Source: Mobula hypostoma (lineage: Eukaryota). From it: a DNA stretch of 64,000 nt. Below are positions 50,985-63,720 of the stretch, one piece after another; within the stretch, counting starts at the first letter, position 1, and each line of letters begins with the position of its first letter. Below the pieces are notes generated by a model. The model saw only the letters and a list, made by a program, of their open reading frames with translations, was not told where the DNA came from and did not search any database. Both the position numbers and the translations under genes were made by a program. The DNA is taken from assembly GCF_963921235.1 (NCBI RefSeq), contig NC_086098.1, forward strand, positions 3,410,001 to 3,474,000. The letters are read 5' to 3'.

Positions 50985-53900
50985 TGCATGACACCCTGGT
51001 ACGAAAGGGAAAGCAACCAGAAGACGTGATACATGTTGGGACCAACGACATAGGCAGGAAGAGGGATGAGGTCCTGAAGTGTGAGTTTCGGGAACTAGGC
51101 AGAAGAACAGGACCTCAAGGGTGGCGTTCTCAGGATTGCTGCCAGTGCTACGTGACAGTGATAGTAAGAATTGGAGGAGATGGCAGTTGAATGCATGGCT
51201 GAGGAGTTGGTGCAGGGAGCAGGGTTTTAGATTTTTGGATCATTGGGGTCTCTTCTGGGGAAGGTGGGACCTGTACAGATTGGATGGGTTGCACCTGAAC
51301 TCGAGGGGGAGCAATATCCTTGCAGGTAGGTTTGCTAGCATGGTTCAGGAGGGTTGAAACTAATTTGCAAGGGGGATGGAACCCAGAGCGATAGAGCAGT
51401 GAACGAAGTGCATGGAGTAAAGCCAGATCTAACATACAGAGAGGCTTTGAGGAAAGAGAAGCAGAATAAACGGTGTAAAGACAGTAAGGTAGAAGGGCTG
51501 AAATGTGTGTACCTCAATGCAAGAAGCATCAGGAACAAAGGTGATGAACTGAGAGCTTGGGATACGTACATGGAATTATGATGTAGTGGCCATTACAGAG
51601 ACTTGGCTGGCACCAGAGCAGGAATGGATTCTCAATATTCCTGGATTTCAGTCCTTTAAAAGGGATAGAGAGGGTGGAAAAAGGGGAGGAGGGGTGGCAT
51701 TACTGGTCAGGGATACTATTACAGATACAGAAAGGGTGAGTAATGTAGCAGGATCCTCTTTTGAGTCAGTATGGGTGGAAGTCAGGAACAGGAAGGGAGC
51801 AGTTACTCTATTGGGGGTATTCTATAGGCCCCCTGGTAGCAGCAGAGATACCGAGGAGCAGATTAGGAGGCAGATTTTGGAAAGGTGCAAAAATAACAGG
51901 GTTGTTATCATGGGCGACTTTAACTTCCCCAATATTGATTGGCACCTGATTAGTTCCAAGGGTTTAGATGGGGCAGTTTGTTAAGTGTGTCCAGGACGGA
52001 TTCCTGTCACAGTACGTGGACAGGCCGACCGGGGGAATGCCATAATAGATCTAGTACTAGATAATGAATCGGGTCAGGTCACAGATCTCTCAGTGGGTGA
52101 GCATCTGGGGGACAGTGACCATCGCTCCCTGGCCTTCAGCATTATCATGGAAAAGAATAGAATCAGATAGGATAGGAAAATTTGTAATTGGGGAAAGGCA
52201 AATTATGAGGCTATAAGGCTAGAACTTGCAGGTGTGAATTGGGATGATGTTTTTGCAGGGAAATGTACTATGGACATGTGGTCGATGTTTAGAGATCTCT
52301 TGTGGGATGTTAGGGTTAAATTTGTCCCAGTGAGGAAGATAAAGAATGGTAGAGTGAAGGAACCATGGGTGACAAGTGAGGTGGAAAATCTAGTCAGGTG
52401 GAAGGAGGCAGCATACATTAGGTTTAGGAAGCAAGGATCAGATGGGTCTATTGAGGAATATAGGGAAGCAAGAAAGGAGCTTAAGAAGGGGCTGAGAAGA
52501 GCAAGAAGGGGGCATGAGAAGGCTTTGGCGAGTAGGGTAAAGGAAAACCCCAAGGCATTCTACAATTATGTGAAGAAAAAAAAAAGGATGACAGGACTGA
52601 AGGTAGGATCGATTAGAGATAAAGGTGGGAAAATGTGCCTGGAGGCTGTGGAAATGCGCGAGGTCCTCAATGAATACTTCTCTTTGGTATTCACCAATGA
52701 GAGGGAACTTGATGATGGTGAGGACAATATGAGTGAGGTTGATGTTCTGGAGCATGTTGATAGTAAGGGAGAGGAGATTTTGGAGTTGTTAAAATACATT
52801 CGGACAGATAAGTCCCCGGGGCCTGACGGAATATTCCCCAGGCTGCTCCATGAGGCGAGAGAAGAGATTGCTGAGCCTCTGGCTAGGATCTTTATGTCCT
52901 CGTTGTCCACGGGAATGGTACCGGAGGATTGGAGGGAGGCGAATGTTGTCCCCTTGTTCAGAAAAGGTAGTAGGGGTAGTCCAGGTAATTATAGACCAGT
53001 GAGTCTTACGTCTGTGGTGGGAAAGCTGTTGGAAAAGATCCTTAGAGATAGGATCTATAGGCATTTAGAGAATCATGGTCTGATCAGGGACAGTCAGCAT
53101 GGCTTTGTGAAGGGCAGATCGTGTCTAACAAGCCTGACAGAGATTTTTGAGGAGGTAACCAGGCATATAGATGAGGGTAGTGCAGTGGATGTGATCTATA
53201 TGGATTTTAGTAAGGCATTTGACAAGGTTCCACACGGTAGGCTTATTCAGAAAGTTAGAAGGCATGGGATGCAGGGGAGTTTGGCCAGGTGGATTCAGAA
53301 TTGGCTTGCCTGCAGAAGGCAGAGGGTGGTGGTGGAGGGAGTACATTCAGGTTGGAGGATTGTGACTAGTGGTGTCCCACAAGGATCTGTTCTGGGACCT
53401 CTACTTTTCGTGATTTTTTATTAACAACCTGGATGTGGGGGTAGAAGGGTGGGTTGGCGAGTTTGCAGACGACACAAAGGTTGGTGGTGTTGTAGATAGT
53501 GTAGAGGATTGTCAGAGATTGCAGAGAGACATTGATAGGATGCAGGAGTGGGCTGAGAAGTGGCAGATGGAGTTCAACCCGGAGAAGTGTGAGGTGGTAC
53601 ACTTTGGAAGGACAAACTCCAAGGCCGAGTACAAAGGAAATGGCAGGATACTTGGTAGTGTGGAGGAGCAGAGGGATCTTGGGGTACATGTCCACAGATC
53701 CCTGAAAGTTGCCTCACAGGTGGATAGGGTAGTTAAGAAAGCTTATGGGGTGCTAGCTTTCATAAGTCGAGGGATAGAGTTTAAGAGTCGCGATGTAATG
53801 ATGCAGCTCTATAAAACTCTGGTTAGGCCACACTTGGAGTACTGTGTCCAGTTCTGGTCACCTCACTATAGGAAGGATGTGGAAGCATTGGAAAGGATAC

Positions 53901-54355
53901 AGAGGAGATTTACCAGGATGCTGCCTGGTTTAGAAAGTATGCATTATGATCAGAGATTAAGGGAGCTAGGGCTTTTCTCTTTGGAGAGAACGAGGAAGAG
54001 AGGAGACATGATAATAAGAGGAATAGATAGAGTGGATAGCCAGTGCTTCTTTCCCTGGGCACCACTGCTCAATACAAGAGGACATGGATTTAAGGTAAGG
54101 GGCGGGAAGTTCAAGGAGGATATTAGAGGAAGGTTTTTTACTCAGAGAGTGGTTGGTGCGTGGAATGCACTGCCTGAGTCAGTGGTGGAGGCAGATACAC
54201 TAGTGAAGTTTAAGAGACTACTAGACAGGTATATGGAGGAATTTAAGGTGGGGGCTTATATGAGAGGCAGGTTTTAAGGGTCGGCACAACATTGTGGGCC
54301 GAAGGGCCTGTACTGTGCTGTACTATTCTATGTCTATGTCTATTCTATGTCTATG
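50985..54355 (+). mobile_element. Long young CR1 LINE (ORF1 SGNH-esterase C-terminal half plus entire ORF2 APE-RT, few lesions) inserted in an older CR1 3' UTR
   Basis: HVGTND...DGLHLN; YLNARSI, ITETW, GGGVALL, MGDFN, SDH; ORF 52234-53424 is RT; ORF 53435-54277 has FADDTK. The host CR1 resumes at ~54356. Confidence 0.96.
52234..53424 (+). pseudogene. CR1 ORF2 fragment (linker and RT N-terminal half), frameshifted at ~53420
   Basis: KSPGPDG, PEDWREANV, NYRPVSLTS, QHGF, DFSKAFD and SGVPQGSVLGP. Confidence 0.93.
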
Positions 54356-54807
54356 TCCCCCTTAAACTTCTCACCTTTCACCCTTAATCCATGACCTCCA
54401 GATGTAGTAACCCCCAACCTCTGTTAAAAATGCCAGCTTGCAGTCACCCTATCTATACACCTTATTATTCGATACACCCTTTACAAATCTCCCCTCATTT
54501 TCCTACACTCCAGGGAATAAAGTCAGAACGTGTTCAGCCTTACCCTGTAAATAAATAGTGCATTACTGTAATTTTCTTGCAATCTTTCAATATCAGTGAT
54601 ATCATTCATTCTATTTACTGTTGTCTTCTGGTGTCCTAGAATAAGGAATTTTAAGCATTGTTTCAAAATAACAGATAGAGTTTACTCTTAAATCAAAATT
54701 TGAAAGGAGCTCATATTTTAAATAATTCTATTCCGCATTATTCAATTCTGATCAGGATCACATGCACCTCACACTTTAAAATCAACCTGTCAATTATCAG
54801 GTCAAGA

Positions 54808-55285
54808 ACACACACTGTAGGAACTCAGCAGGCCAGGCAGCAAAAAGTACAGCCAATGTTACAGGCCAAAAACCTTCAGCAGGACTGGAGAAAAACAGCT
54901 GAGGAGTAGATTTGAAAGGTTGGGGGAGGAGAGAGAAGCACCAGGTGACAGGTGAAACCTAGAGGGGGAGGGATGAGGCAAAGAACTGGGAAGTTAATTG
55001 GTGAATTAAACTGTGTGGTAAAAGCTGGCGATGAAGACAAGTTCCCGTGGTTTGGGTAAGCACGTGGTCAAAGAGTTGGAGAGCAGCAGAGATTTAAACT
55101 TCTTCAGGGTAGGTATCCCTGGAAGAGACTTCACAGAGTAGTAACCAAATCACAAACAAGAGAAAATCTGCAGATGCTGGAAATCCGAGCAACATACACA
55201 AAATGCTGGAGGAACCCAGCAGGCCAGGCAGCATCTATGGAAACAAGTACAGTTGTCATTTCAGGCTGAAAACTTTTGGCAGGAA
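54808..55285 (-). mobile_element. Two Penelope-like terminal fragments
   Basis: ggaactcagcaggccaggcagca at 54820 and aaatctgcagatgctggaaatcc...ggaacccagcaggccaggcagcatctatgg at 55165. Confidence 0.55.
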
Positions 55286-55286
55286 T

Positions 55287-58200
55287 TATAAGACCATAAG
55301 ACAAAGGAGCAGAAGTAGGCCATTCGGCCCATCAAGTCTGCTCCACCATTTTATCATGAGCTGATCCATTTTATCCTATTTAGTCCCACTGCCCAGCCTT
55401 CTCACCATAACCTTTGATGCCCTGGCTACTCAGATACCTATCAATCTCCGCCTTAAAGACACCCAATGACTTGGCCTCCACTGCTGCCCGTGGCAACAAA
55501 TTCCATAGATTCACCACCCTCTGACTAAAAAAATTTTTTCGCATTTCTGTTCTGAAAGGGCTCCCTTCAATCCTGAAGTCATGCCCTCTGGTACTAGACT
55601 CCCCCATCATGGGAAACAACTTTGCCACATCCACTCTGTCCATGCCTTTTAACACTTGAAATGTTTCTATGAGGTCTCCCCTCATTCTTCTAAACTCCAA
55701 GGAATACAGTCCAAGAGCGGACAAACGTACCTCATATGTTAACCCTCTCATTCCCGGAATCATTCAAGTGAATCTTCTCTGTACCTTCTCCAACGTCAGC
55801 ACATCCTTTCTTAAATAAGGAGACCAAAACTGCCCACAGTACTCCAAGTGAGGTCTCACCAGCGCCTTATAGAGCCTCAACATCACATCCCTGCTCCTAT
55901 ACTCTATTCCTCTAGAAATGAATGCCAACATTGCATTCGCCTTCTTCACTACCGACTCAACCTGGAGGTTAACTTTAAGGGAATCCTGTACGAGGACTCC
56001 CAAGTCCCGTTGCATCTCAGAACTTTGAATTCTTTCCCTATTTAAATAATACTCTGCCCATTTATTTTTTCTGCCAAAGTGCATAACCATACACTTTCCA
56101 ATATTGTACTTCATTTGCCACTTCTCTGCCCATTCTTCCAATCTATCCAAGTCTCTCTGCAGACTCTCCGTTTCCTCAGCACTACCGGCCCCTCCACCTA
56201 TCTTTGTATTGTCAGCAAACTTAGCCACAAAGCCATCTATTCCATAATCCAAATAGTTGATGTACAATGTAAAAAGAAGCGGCCCCAACACTGGTCCCCA
56301 TGGAACACCACTGGTAACCGGCAGCCAACCAGAATAGGATCCCTTTATTCCCACTCTCTGTTTCCTGCCAATCAGCCAACGCTCTATCCACGTATCTAAC
56401 TTTCCCGTAATTCCATGGGCTCTTATCTTGTTAAGCAGCCTCATGTGTAGCACCTTGTCAAAGGCCTTCTGAAAATCCAAATATACAACATCCACTGCAT
56501 CTCCCTTGTCTAGCCTACTGGTAATTTCCTCAAAAAAATTGTAATAGGTCTGTCAGGCAGGATTTTCCTTTAAGGAATCCATGCTGAGTTCTGCCTATCT
56601 TGTCATATGCCTCCAGGTACTCTGTAACCTCATCCTTGACAATCGACTCCAACAACTTCCCAACCACCGACGTCAAGCTAACAGGTCTATAATTTCCTTT
56701 TTACTTCCTTGACCCCTTCTTAAATAGCAGAGTGACATTTGCAATCTTCCAGTCCTCCGGAACCATGCCAGAATCTATCGACTTTTGAAAGATCATCGCT
56801 AATGCCTCCGCAATCTCCACAGCTACTTCCTTCAGAACACGAGGGTGCATTCCATCTGGTCCAAGAGATTTATCGACCTTTAGCCTATTCAGCTTCCTGA
56901 GTACTTTCTCTGTCGTAATTGTGACTGCGCACACTTCTCTTCCCTGCCACCCTTGAGTGTCCGGTATCCTGCTGTCTTCCTCAGTGAAGACTGATGCAAA
57001 ATACTTGTTCAGTTCCTCTGCCATCTCCTCATCTCCCATTACAATTTCTCCAGTATCATTTTCTATCGGTCCTATATCTACTCTCACCTGTCTTTTACTC
57101 TTTATATACTTGAAAAAGCTTTTAGTATCCTGTTTGATATTAATTGCTAGTTTCCTTTCATAGTTAATCTTTTCTCTCTTAATGACCTTCTTGGTTTCCT
57201 TTTGTAAGGTTTTAAAGACTTCCCAATCCTCTGTCTTCCCACTAATTTTTGCTTCCTTGTATGCCCTCTCCTTAGCTTTAACTTTGGCTTTGACTTCTCT
57301 TGTCAACCACGGTTGCATCCTTTTTCCACTCGAAAATTTCTTCTTTTTTGGAATATACCTGTCTTGCACATTCCTCATTTCTCACATAAACTCCAGCCAC
57401 TGCTGCTCTGCCGTCTTTCCCGCCAGTGTCCCTTTCCAGTCAACTTTGGCCAGTTCCTCTCTCATGCCACTGTAATTTCCTTTACTCCACTGAAATACTG
57501 ACACATCAGATTCCGGCTTCTCTTTTTCTAATTTCACAGTGAACTCAATCATGTTATGATCACTGCCTCCTAAGAGTTCCTTCACCTCAATCTCTCCAAT
57601 CACCTCCGGTTCATTACACAATACCCAATCCAGTACAGCCAATTCCCTAGTAGGCTCAACAACAAGCTGTTCTAAAAAGCCATCTCGCAGACATTCTACA
57701 AATTCTCTCTCTTGAGATCCAGTGCCGACCTGATTTTTCCAATCTCCTCGCATGTTAAAATCCCCCACAATTATCATAACACTGCCCTTCTGACAAGCCT
57801 TTTCTATTTCCAGTTGTAATTTGTAGTCCACATCCCTGCAGCTGTTTGGAGGTCTATAAATAACTGCCATCAGGGTCCTTTTACCCCCGCTATTCCTTAG
57901 CTCAACCCATAAAGATTCTGCACCTTCCGATCCTATATCACCTCTTTCTAATGATTTAATATCATTTCTTACCAATAAAGCCACGCCTCCCCCTCTGCCT
58001 ACCTTCCTATCCTTCCGATACACCGTGTATCCTTGGACGTTCAGCTCCCAGAGACATGCATCCTTTAGCCAGGTCTCAGTGATGGCCACAATATCATACC
58101 TGCCAATCTGTAGCTGTACAACAAGATCATCCACCTTATTTCTTATGCTGCATGCATTTAAGTACAACACCTTAAGACCAGTATTTGATACTTTTTGCTT

Positions 58201-58890
58201 TGATTTCACTGCAACTCATCCCAATGGCTACACATTTGCCCCATCACCTGCCTGTCTTTCCTGACATCTTTACTGCTCACTATCTTAGATTTATTTCTGT
58301 TTTCCCCTTCCTCCACTCTTATCATTCTGGCTCCCATCCCCCTGCCAAATTAGTTTAAACCCTCCCTAACAGCTCTATTAAACTTTCCCGCCAGGATATT
58401 GGTCCCCTTCGGGTTCAGGTGTAACCTGTCCTTTTTGAACAGGTCATACTTCCCCCAGAAGAGATCCCAATTATCCAAGAATCTGAAGCCCTGCCCCCTA
58501 CACCAGTCTCTCAGCCACGCATTCATCTGCCTGATCCGACTACTCTTGCCCTCGCTAGCACGTGGCACAGGTAGCAATCCCAAGATTACTACCCTGGAGG
58601 TCCTGCTTCTCAGCTTCCTTCCTAACTCCTGGAAATCTCTCTTCAGGACCTCCTCCTTTGTCCTATCTATGTCATTGGTACCAACATGTACCAAGACAAC
58701 TGGTTGCTCACCCTCCCCCTTTAGAATATTCAGGACCCGATCCGAGACATCCCGTACCCTGGCACCTGGGAGGCAACACACCATGCGGGTATCTCTGTCA
58801 GGCTCACAGAATCTCCTGTCTGTTCCCCTGACTATGGAATCCCCCACGACTACCGCATTTCTCTTCACCCTCCTTCTCTCCTTATCAGAC
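55287..58890 (-). mobile_element. Near full-length CR1 LINE of a second subfamily (ORF1 SGNH esterase plus ORF2 broken by few stops and a frameshift)
   Basis: 58350-58898 has VVGDSIVRG/GARVRD/HVGTND/DRLHLN. 57382-58209 is the AP endonuclease. 56701-57378, 55764-56495 and 55380-55763 continue ORF2. Ends in a (cttatggt)n tail. Confidence 0.96.
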
Positions 58891-58975
58891 CACACCACTC
58901 AGGGTCTTGGACTAACATTATTTTATGACAGTATGTGCTGGGTCGTAACAAACTATATGGCATTGTCAGGTGTGT

Positions 58976-59185
58976 TGACACGTGGCCAAGTGGTTAAGGC
59001 ATTGGTCTAGTGATCCGAAGGTCGCTAGTACGAGCCTCAGCTGAGGTAGCGTGTTGTGTCCTTGAGCAAGGCACTTAATCACACATTGCTCTGCAATGAC
59101 ACTGGTGCCAAGCTGGATCGGCCCTGGTGCCTTTCCCTTGGACAACATCGGTGTCGTGGAGAGAGCAGACTTGCAGCATGGACAA
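58976..59185 (+). mobile_element. tRNA-headed SINE (3'-truncated)
   Basis: A box tggccaagtgg, B-box-like gtacgagcc, then core gtgtccttgagcaaggcacttaa. Matches 13852-14100. Confidence 0.75.
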
Positions 59186-59290
59186 CTGTACATGGAGTCC
59201 TGGGAACAGTTCTTGATCTGACTGTACATGGAGTCCTGGGAGCAGTTTTTGGTTGGACTGTACATCGAGAACTGGGAGCAGTTTTTGGCC
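59186..59290. repeat. 36-bp tandem repeat x3 at a SINE/CR1 junction
   Basis: Unit actgtacatggagtcctgggaacagttcttgatctg and variants. Confidence 0.85.
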
Positions 59291-59415
59291 ATGTAACTAA
59301 GAAAAGGTGTGCTGGCATTGGAGAGGGCCCCAGAGGTGGTTCACGAGAATAATTCCAGGAATGAAAAGGTTGATGTACAGTATGAGGAGAGTTTGATGGC
59401 ACTGGGCCTGTACTC

Positions 59416-62065
59416 ATAAACACAGAAAACCTACAGCACAGTACAGGCCCTTCGGCCCACAAAGTTGTGCCGAACATGTCCCTACCTTAGAAATTACGAG
59501 ACTTCCCCTAGCCCTCTATTTTTCTAAGCTCCATGTACTTATCTAAAAGTCTCTTGAAAGACCCTATCGTATCCGTCTCCACCACCGTTGCCGGCAGCCC
59601 ACTCCACGCACTCACCACTCTCCGAGTAAAAAACTTACCCCTGACATCTCCTCTGCAATTACTCCCCAGCACCTTAAATCTGTGTCCTCTTGTGGCAACC
59701 ATTTCAGCCCTGGGAAAAAGCTTCTGACTATCCACACGATCAATGCCTCTCATCATCTTGTACACCTCTATCAGGTCACCTCTCATCCTCTGTCGCTCCA
59801 AGGAAAAAAGGCCGAGTTCACTCAACTTCTTCTCATAAGGAATGCTCCCCAATCCAGACAACATCCTTGTAAATCTCCTCTGCACCCTTTCTATGACTTC
59901 TACATCCTTCCTGTAGTGAGGCGACCAGAACTGAGCACAGTACTCCAAGTGGGGTCTGACCAGGGTCCTATATAGCTGCAACATTACCTCTCAGCTCTTA
60001 AACTCAATCCCACAGTTGATGAAGGCCAATGCACCGTATGTCTTCTTAACCACAGCGTCAACCTGTGCAGCTGCTTTGAGTGTCCTATGGACTCGGAGCC
60101 CAAGATCCCTCTGATCCTTCACACTGCCAAGAGTCTTACCATTAATACTATATTCTGCCATCGTATTTGACCAACCAAAAGGAACCACTTCACACTTATC
60201 TGGATTGAATTCCATCTGCCACTTCTCAGCCCAGTTTTGCATCCTATTAATGTCCCGTTCTAGCTTCTGACAGCCCTCCACACTATCCAGAACAGCTCCA
60301 ACCTTTGTGTCATCAGCAAACTTACTAATCCACCCCTCCACTTCCTCATCCAGGTCATTTATAAAAATCACAAAGAGCAGGGGCCCCAGAACAGATCCCT
60401 GAGGCACACCACTGGTGACCAACCTCCATGCAGAATATGACCCCTCTACAACTACTCATTGCCTTTTGTGGGCAGGCCAGTTCTGGATCCACAAAGCGAT
60501 GTCCCCTTGGATCCCATGCCTCCTTACTTTTTCAATAAGCCTTGCATGGGGTACCTTATCAAATGCCTTGCTGAAATCCATATACACTACATCTACTGCT
60601 CTACCTTCATCAATGTGTTTAGTCACATCCTCAAAAAATTCAATCAGGCTCGTAAGGGATGACCTGCTCTTGACAAAGCCATGCTGACTATTCCTAATCA
60701 TATTATACCTCTCCAAATGTTCATAAATCCTGCCTCTCAGGATCTTCTCCATCAACTTGCCAACCACTGAAGTAAGACTCACTGGTCTATAATTTCCTGG
60801 GCTATCTCTACTCCCTTTCTTGGATAAAGGAACAACATCCGCAACCCTCCAATCCTCTGGCACTTCTCCCGTCACCATTGATGATTCAAAGATCAGCGCC
60901 AGAGGCTCAGCAATCTCCTCCCTCACATCCCACAGTAGCCTGCGGTACATCTCATCTGGTCTCGGGCGACTTATCCAACGATGCTTTCCAAAAGCTCCAG
61001 CACATCCTCTTTCTTAATGTCTACCTGCTCAAGCTTTTCAGTCTGCTGCATGTCAGCACCACAATCACCAAGATCCTTTTCCATTGTGAATACTGAAGTA
61101 TTGATTAAGTTCCTCTGCTATTTCCTCCAGCTCCATACAGACTTCCCCACTATCACACTTGATAGGTCCAATTCTTCCACGTCTTATCCTCTCGCTCTTC
61201 ACATGCTTGTAGAATGCTTTGGGGTTTTCCTTAATCCTGCCGAAGGCCTTTCATGGCCCCTTCTGGCTCTCCTAATTTCCTTTTTAAGCTCCTTCCTGTT
61301 AGCCTATAATATTCTAGATCCCTAACATTACCTAACTCTCTGAACCTTTTGTAAGCTTTTCTTTTCTTTTTGAATAGATCTATTGCAGCCTTTGTTCCAC
61401 TGTTCCTATACCCTACCATAATTTCCCTGTCTCATTGGAGCATACCTATGCAGAACTCCACAGAAATTTCCCCTGAACATTTGCCACATTTCTTCTGTAC
61501 TTTTCCCTGAGAATATCTGTTCCCAATTTAAGTTTCCAATTTCCTACCTGATAGCCTCATAATTCCCCTTACTCCAATTAAACGCTTTTCTAACTTGTCT
61601 GTTCCTATCTCTCTCCAATGCTATTGTAAAAGAGATCGAATTATGATCACTATCTCTAAAATGCTTTCCCACTGAGAGATCTGACACCTGACCGCGTTCA
61701 TTTCCCAATACCAGATCATGTACAGTCTCCCCTCTTGTAGGCTTATCTACATATTGTGTCAAGAAACCTTCCTGAACACACCTAACAAACTCCACCCCAT
61801 CTAAATCCCTTGCTCTAGGGAGATGCCAGTCGATATTTGGGAAATTAAAATCTCCCATCACGACAACTCTGTTATTACTACACCTTTCCAGGATCTGTTT
61901 CCCTATCTGCTCCTCGATATCCCTGTTACTATTGGGCATCCTATAAAAAACACCCTGTAAAGTTATTGACCCCTTGCTGTTCCTAACCTCCTCCCACAGA
62001 GACTCCGTAGACAATCCCTCCATGACGTCCACCTTTTCTGCAGCCATGACACTATCTCTGATCAA
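59416..62065 (-). mobile_element. CR1 LINE of a third subfamily (endonuclease, RT, 3' UTR; frameshifted)
   Basis: ORFs 61544-62068, 60456-60950, 59991-60422 and 59508-59984. Confidence 0.94.
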
Positions 62066-62191
62066 CACTCACCTTTCATCCCCATTGGACACTCAGCTCT
62101 CACCTGTGGCTCCAAGTAGCTGTCTGCATGTGACAGCAGCCATACCCCGCTACATCACTTTAACAGTAGTCTAAACCAGGTGAGACCCCCC

Positions 62192-62810
62192 ATAAGACAT
62201 TGGAGCAGAATTAGGCCATCGTGCCCAATCAAGTCTGCTCCTCCATTCACGGCTGATCCTCTTTTGTCTCTTCAGTCCCACTCCCCGGCCTTCTCGTCAT
62301 AACCTTTGATGCCATGCCCAGTCAAGAACCTCTCAAGTTTTGCCTTAAATACACACAATGACCTAGCCTCCACAGCTGCCTGTGGAAATAATTTCCACAA
62401 ATTCACCATCCTTTGGCTAAAGAAATTTCTCTGCATCTGTTTTAAATGGATGCCTCTGTCTTGAGGGTGGGCTTTTTAGTCCCAGACTCTCCCATCATGG
62501 GAAACATCCTTTTCACATCTACTCTGCCTGGGTCTTTCAACATTCAAAAGGTTTCAATGTGATCCACCCTCATCCTTCTAAATTCTAGCAAGTACAGAGC
62601 CAGAGCTATCAAACGTTCCTCATATGATAACCGTTTCATTCTTGGAATCATCCTTGTGAACCTCCTCTGAGCCCTCTCCAATATCAGCAGATCCTTTCAT
62701 AGATGAGGGCTGTTCACACTCCTCAAAGTGAGGCCTCACAATGCCTGAAAAGCTTCAGCAACACATCCCTAATCTTGTATCCTAGGCCTCTTGAACTGAA
62801 TGCTAACATT
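62192..62810 (-). mobile_element. Decayed CR1 3' fragment
   Basis: Similar to 37108-37690 and 55287-55930. Confidence 0.85.
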
Positions 62811-62812
62811 TT

Positions 62813-63482
62813 GTACATGCCCATAGATCTCTGAAAGTTGCCTCACAGGTGGATAGGGTAGTTAAGAAAGCTTATGGAGTGTTAGCTTTCATAAGTCGAG
62901 GGATAGAGTTTAAGAGTCGCGATGTAATGATGCAGCTCTATAAAACTCTGGTTGGGCCACACTTGGAGTACTGTGTCCATTTCTGGTCGCCTCGCTATAG
63001 GAAGGATGTGGAAGCATTGGAAAGGGTACAGAGGAGATTTACCAGGATGCTGCCTGGTTTAGAGAGTATGCATTATGTTCAGAGATTAAGGAAGCTAGGG
63101 CTTTACTCTTTGGAGAGAAGGAGGATGAGAGCAGACATGATAGAGGTGTACAAGATATTAAGAGGAATAGATAGAGTGGACAGCCAGCGCCTCTTCCCCA
63201 GGGCACCACCGCTCGATACAAGAGGACATGGCTTTAAGGTAAGGGGTGGGAAGTTCAAGGGGGATATTAGAGGAAGGTTTTTTACTCAGAGAGTGGTTGG
63301 TGCATGGAATGCACTGCCTGAGTCAGTGGTGGAGGCAGATACACTAGTGAAGTTTAAGAGACTACTAGACAGGTATATGGAGGAATTTAAGGTGGGGGCT
63401 TATACGGGAGGCAGGGTTTAAGGGTCGGCACAACATTGTGGGCCGAAGGGCCTGTAGTGTGCTGTACTATTCTATGTTCTAT
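62813..63482 (+). mobile_element. Young CR1 3' end
   Basis: ORF 62849-63421 is open and nearly identical to 24616-25107 and 53435-54277. Confidence 0.95.
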
Positions 63483-63484
63483 AT

Positions 63485-63720
63485 CCTAAGGAAGTAGAGG
63501 CGCTGCTGTTCTTTCTTCACAATTGCACTTGTGTGCTGGGGCCAGAGCAGGTTCTCTGGAATAAAGTTGCTAATCCGATCCGTTGATGAGGATGGGCTCA
63601 TGGACCTCAGGCTTTCTCCTCCTGAGGTCAATAATCAGCTCCTTGGTCTGGCTGACATGGAGTAAAAGGTTGTTGTTGTGGCACCATTCAGCCAGATTTT
63701 CAATCTCCCTCCTATTTGCT
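63485..63720 (-). mobile_element. Rex1/Babar-type RT C-terminal fragment
   Basis: The reverse complement encodes EIENLAEWCHNNNLLL..SQTKELIIDLRR. Confidence 0.65.

Noticed and set aside
58399..59010. 203-aa plus-strand ORF and other long antisense ORFs
   Set aside because: These are antisense shadows of CR1 ORF1/ORF2.
58976..59050. tRNA gene
   Set aside because: The A/B boxes run straight into a SINE core present twice in the window, and there is no complete cloverleaf.
58966..59292. Repetitive Cys-rich ORF (KNCSQDSMYS)n
   Set aside because: It arises from a 36-bp DNA tandem repeat plus antisense SINE sequence.
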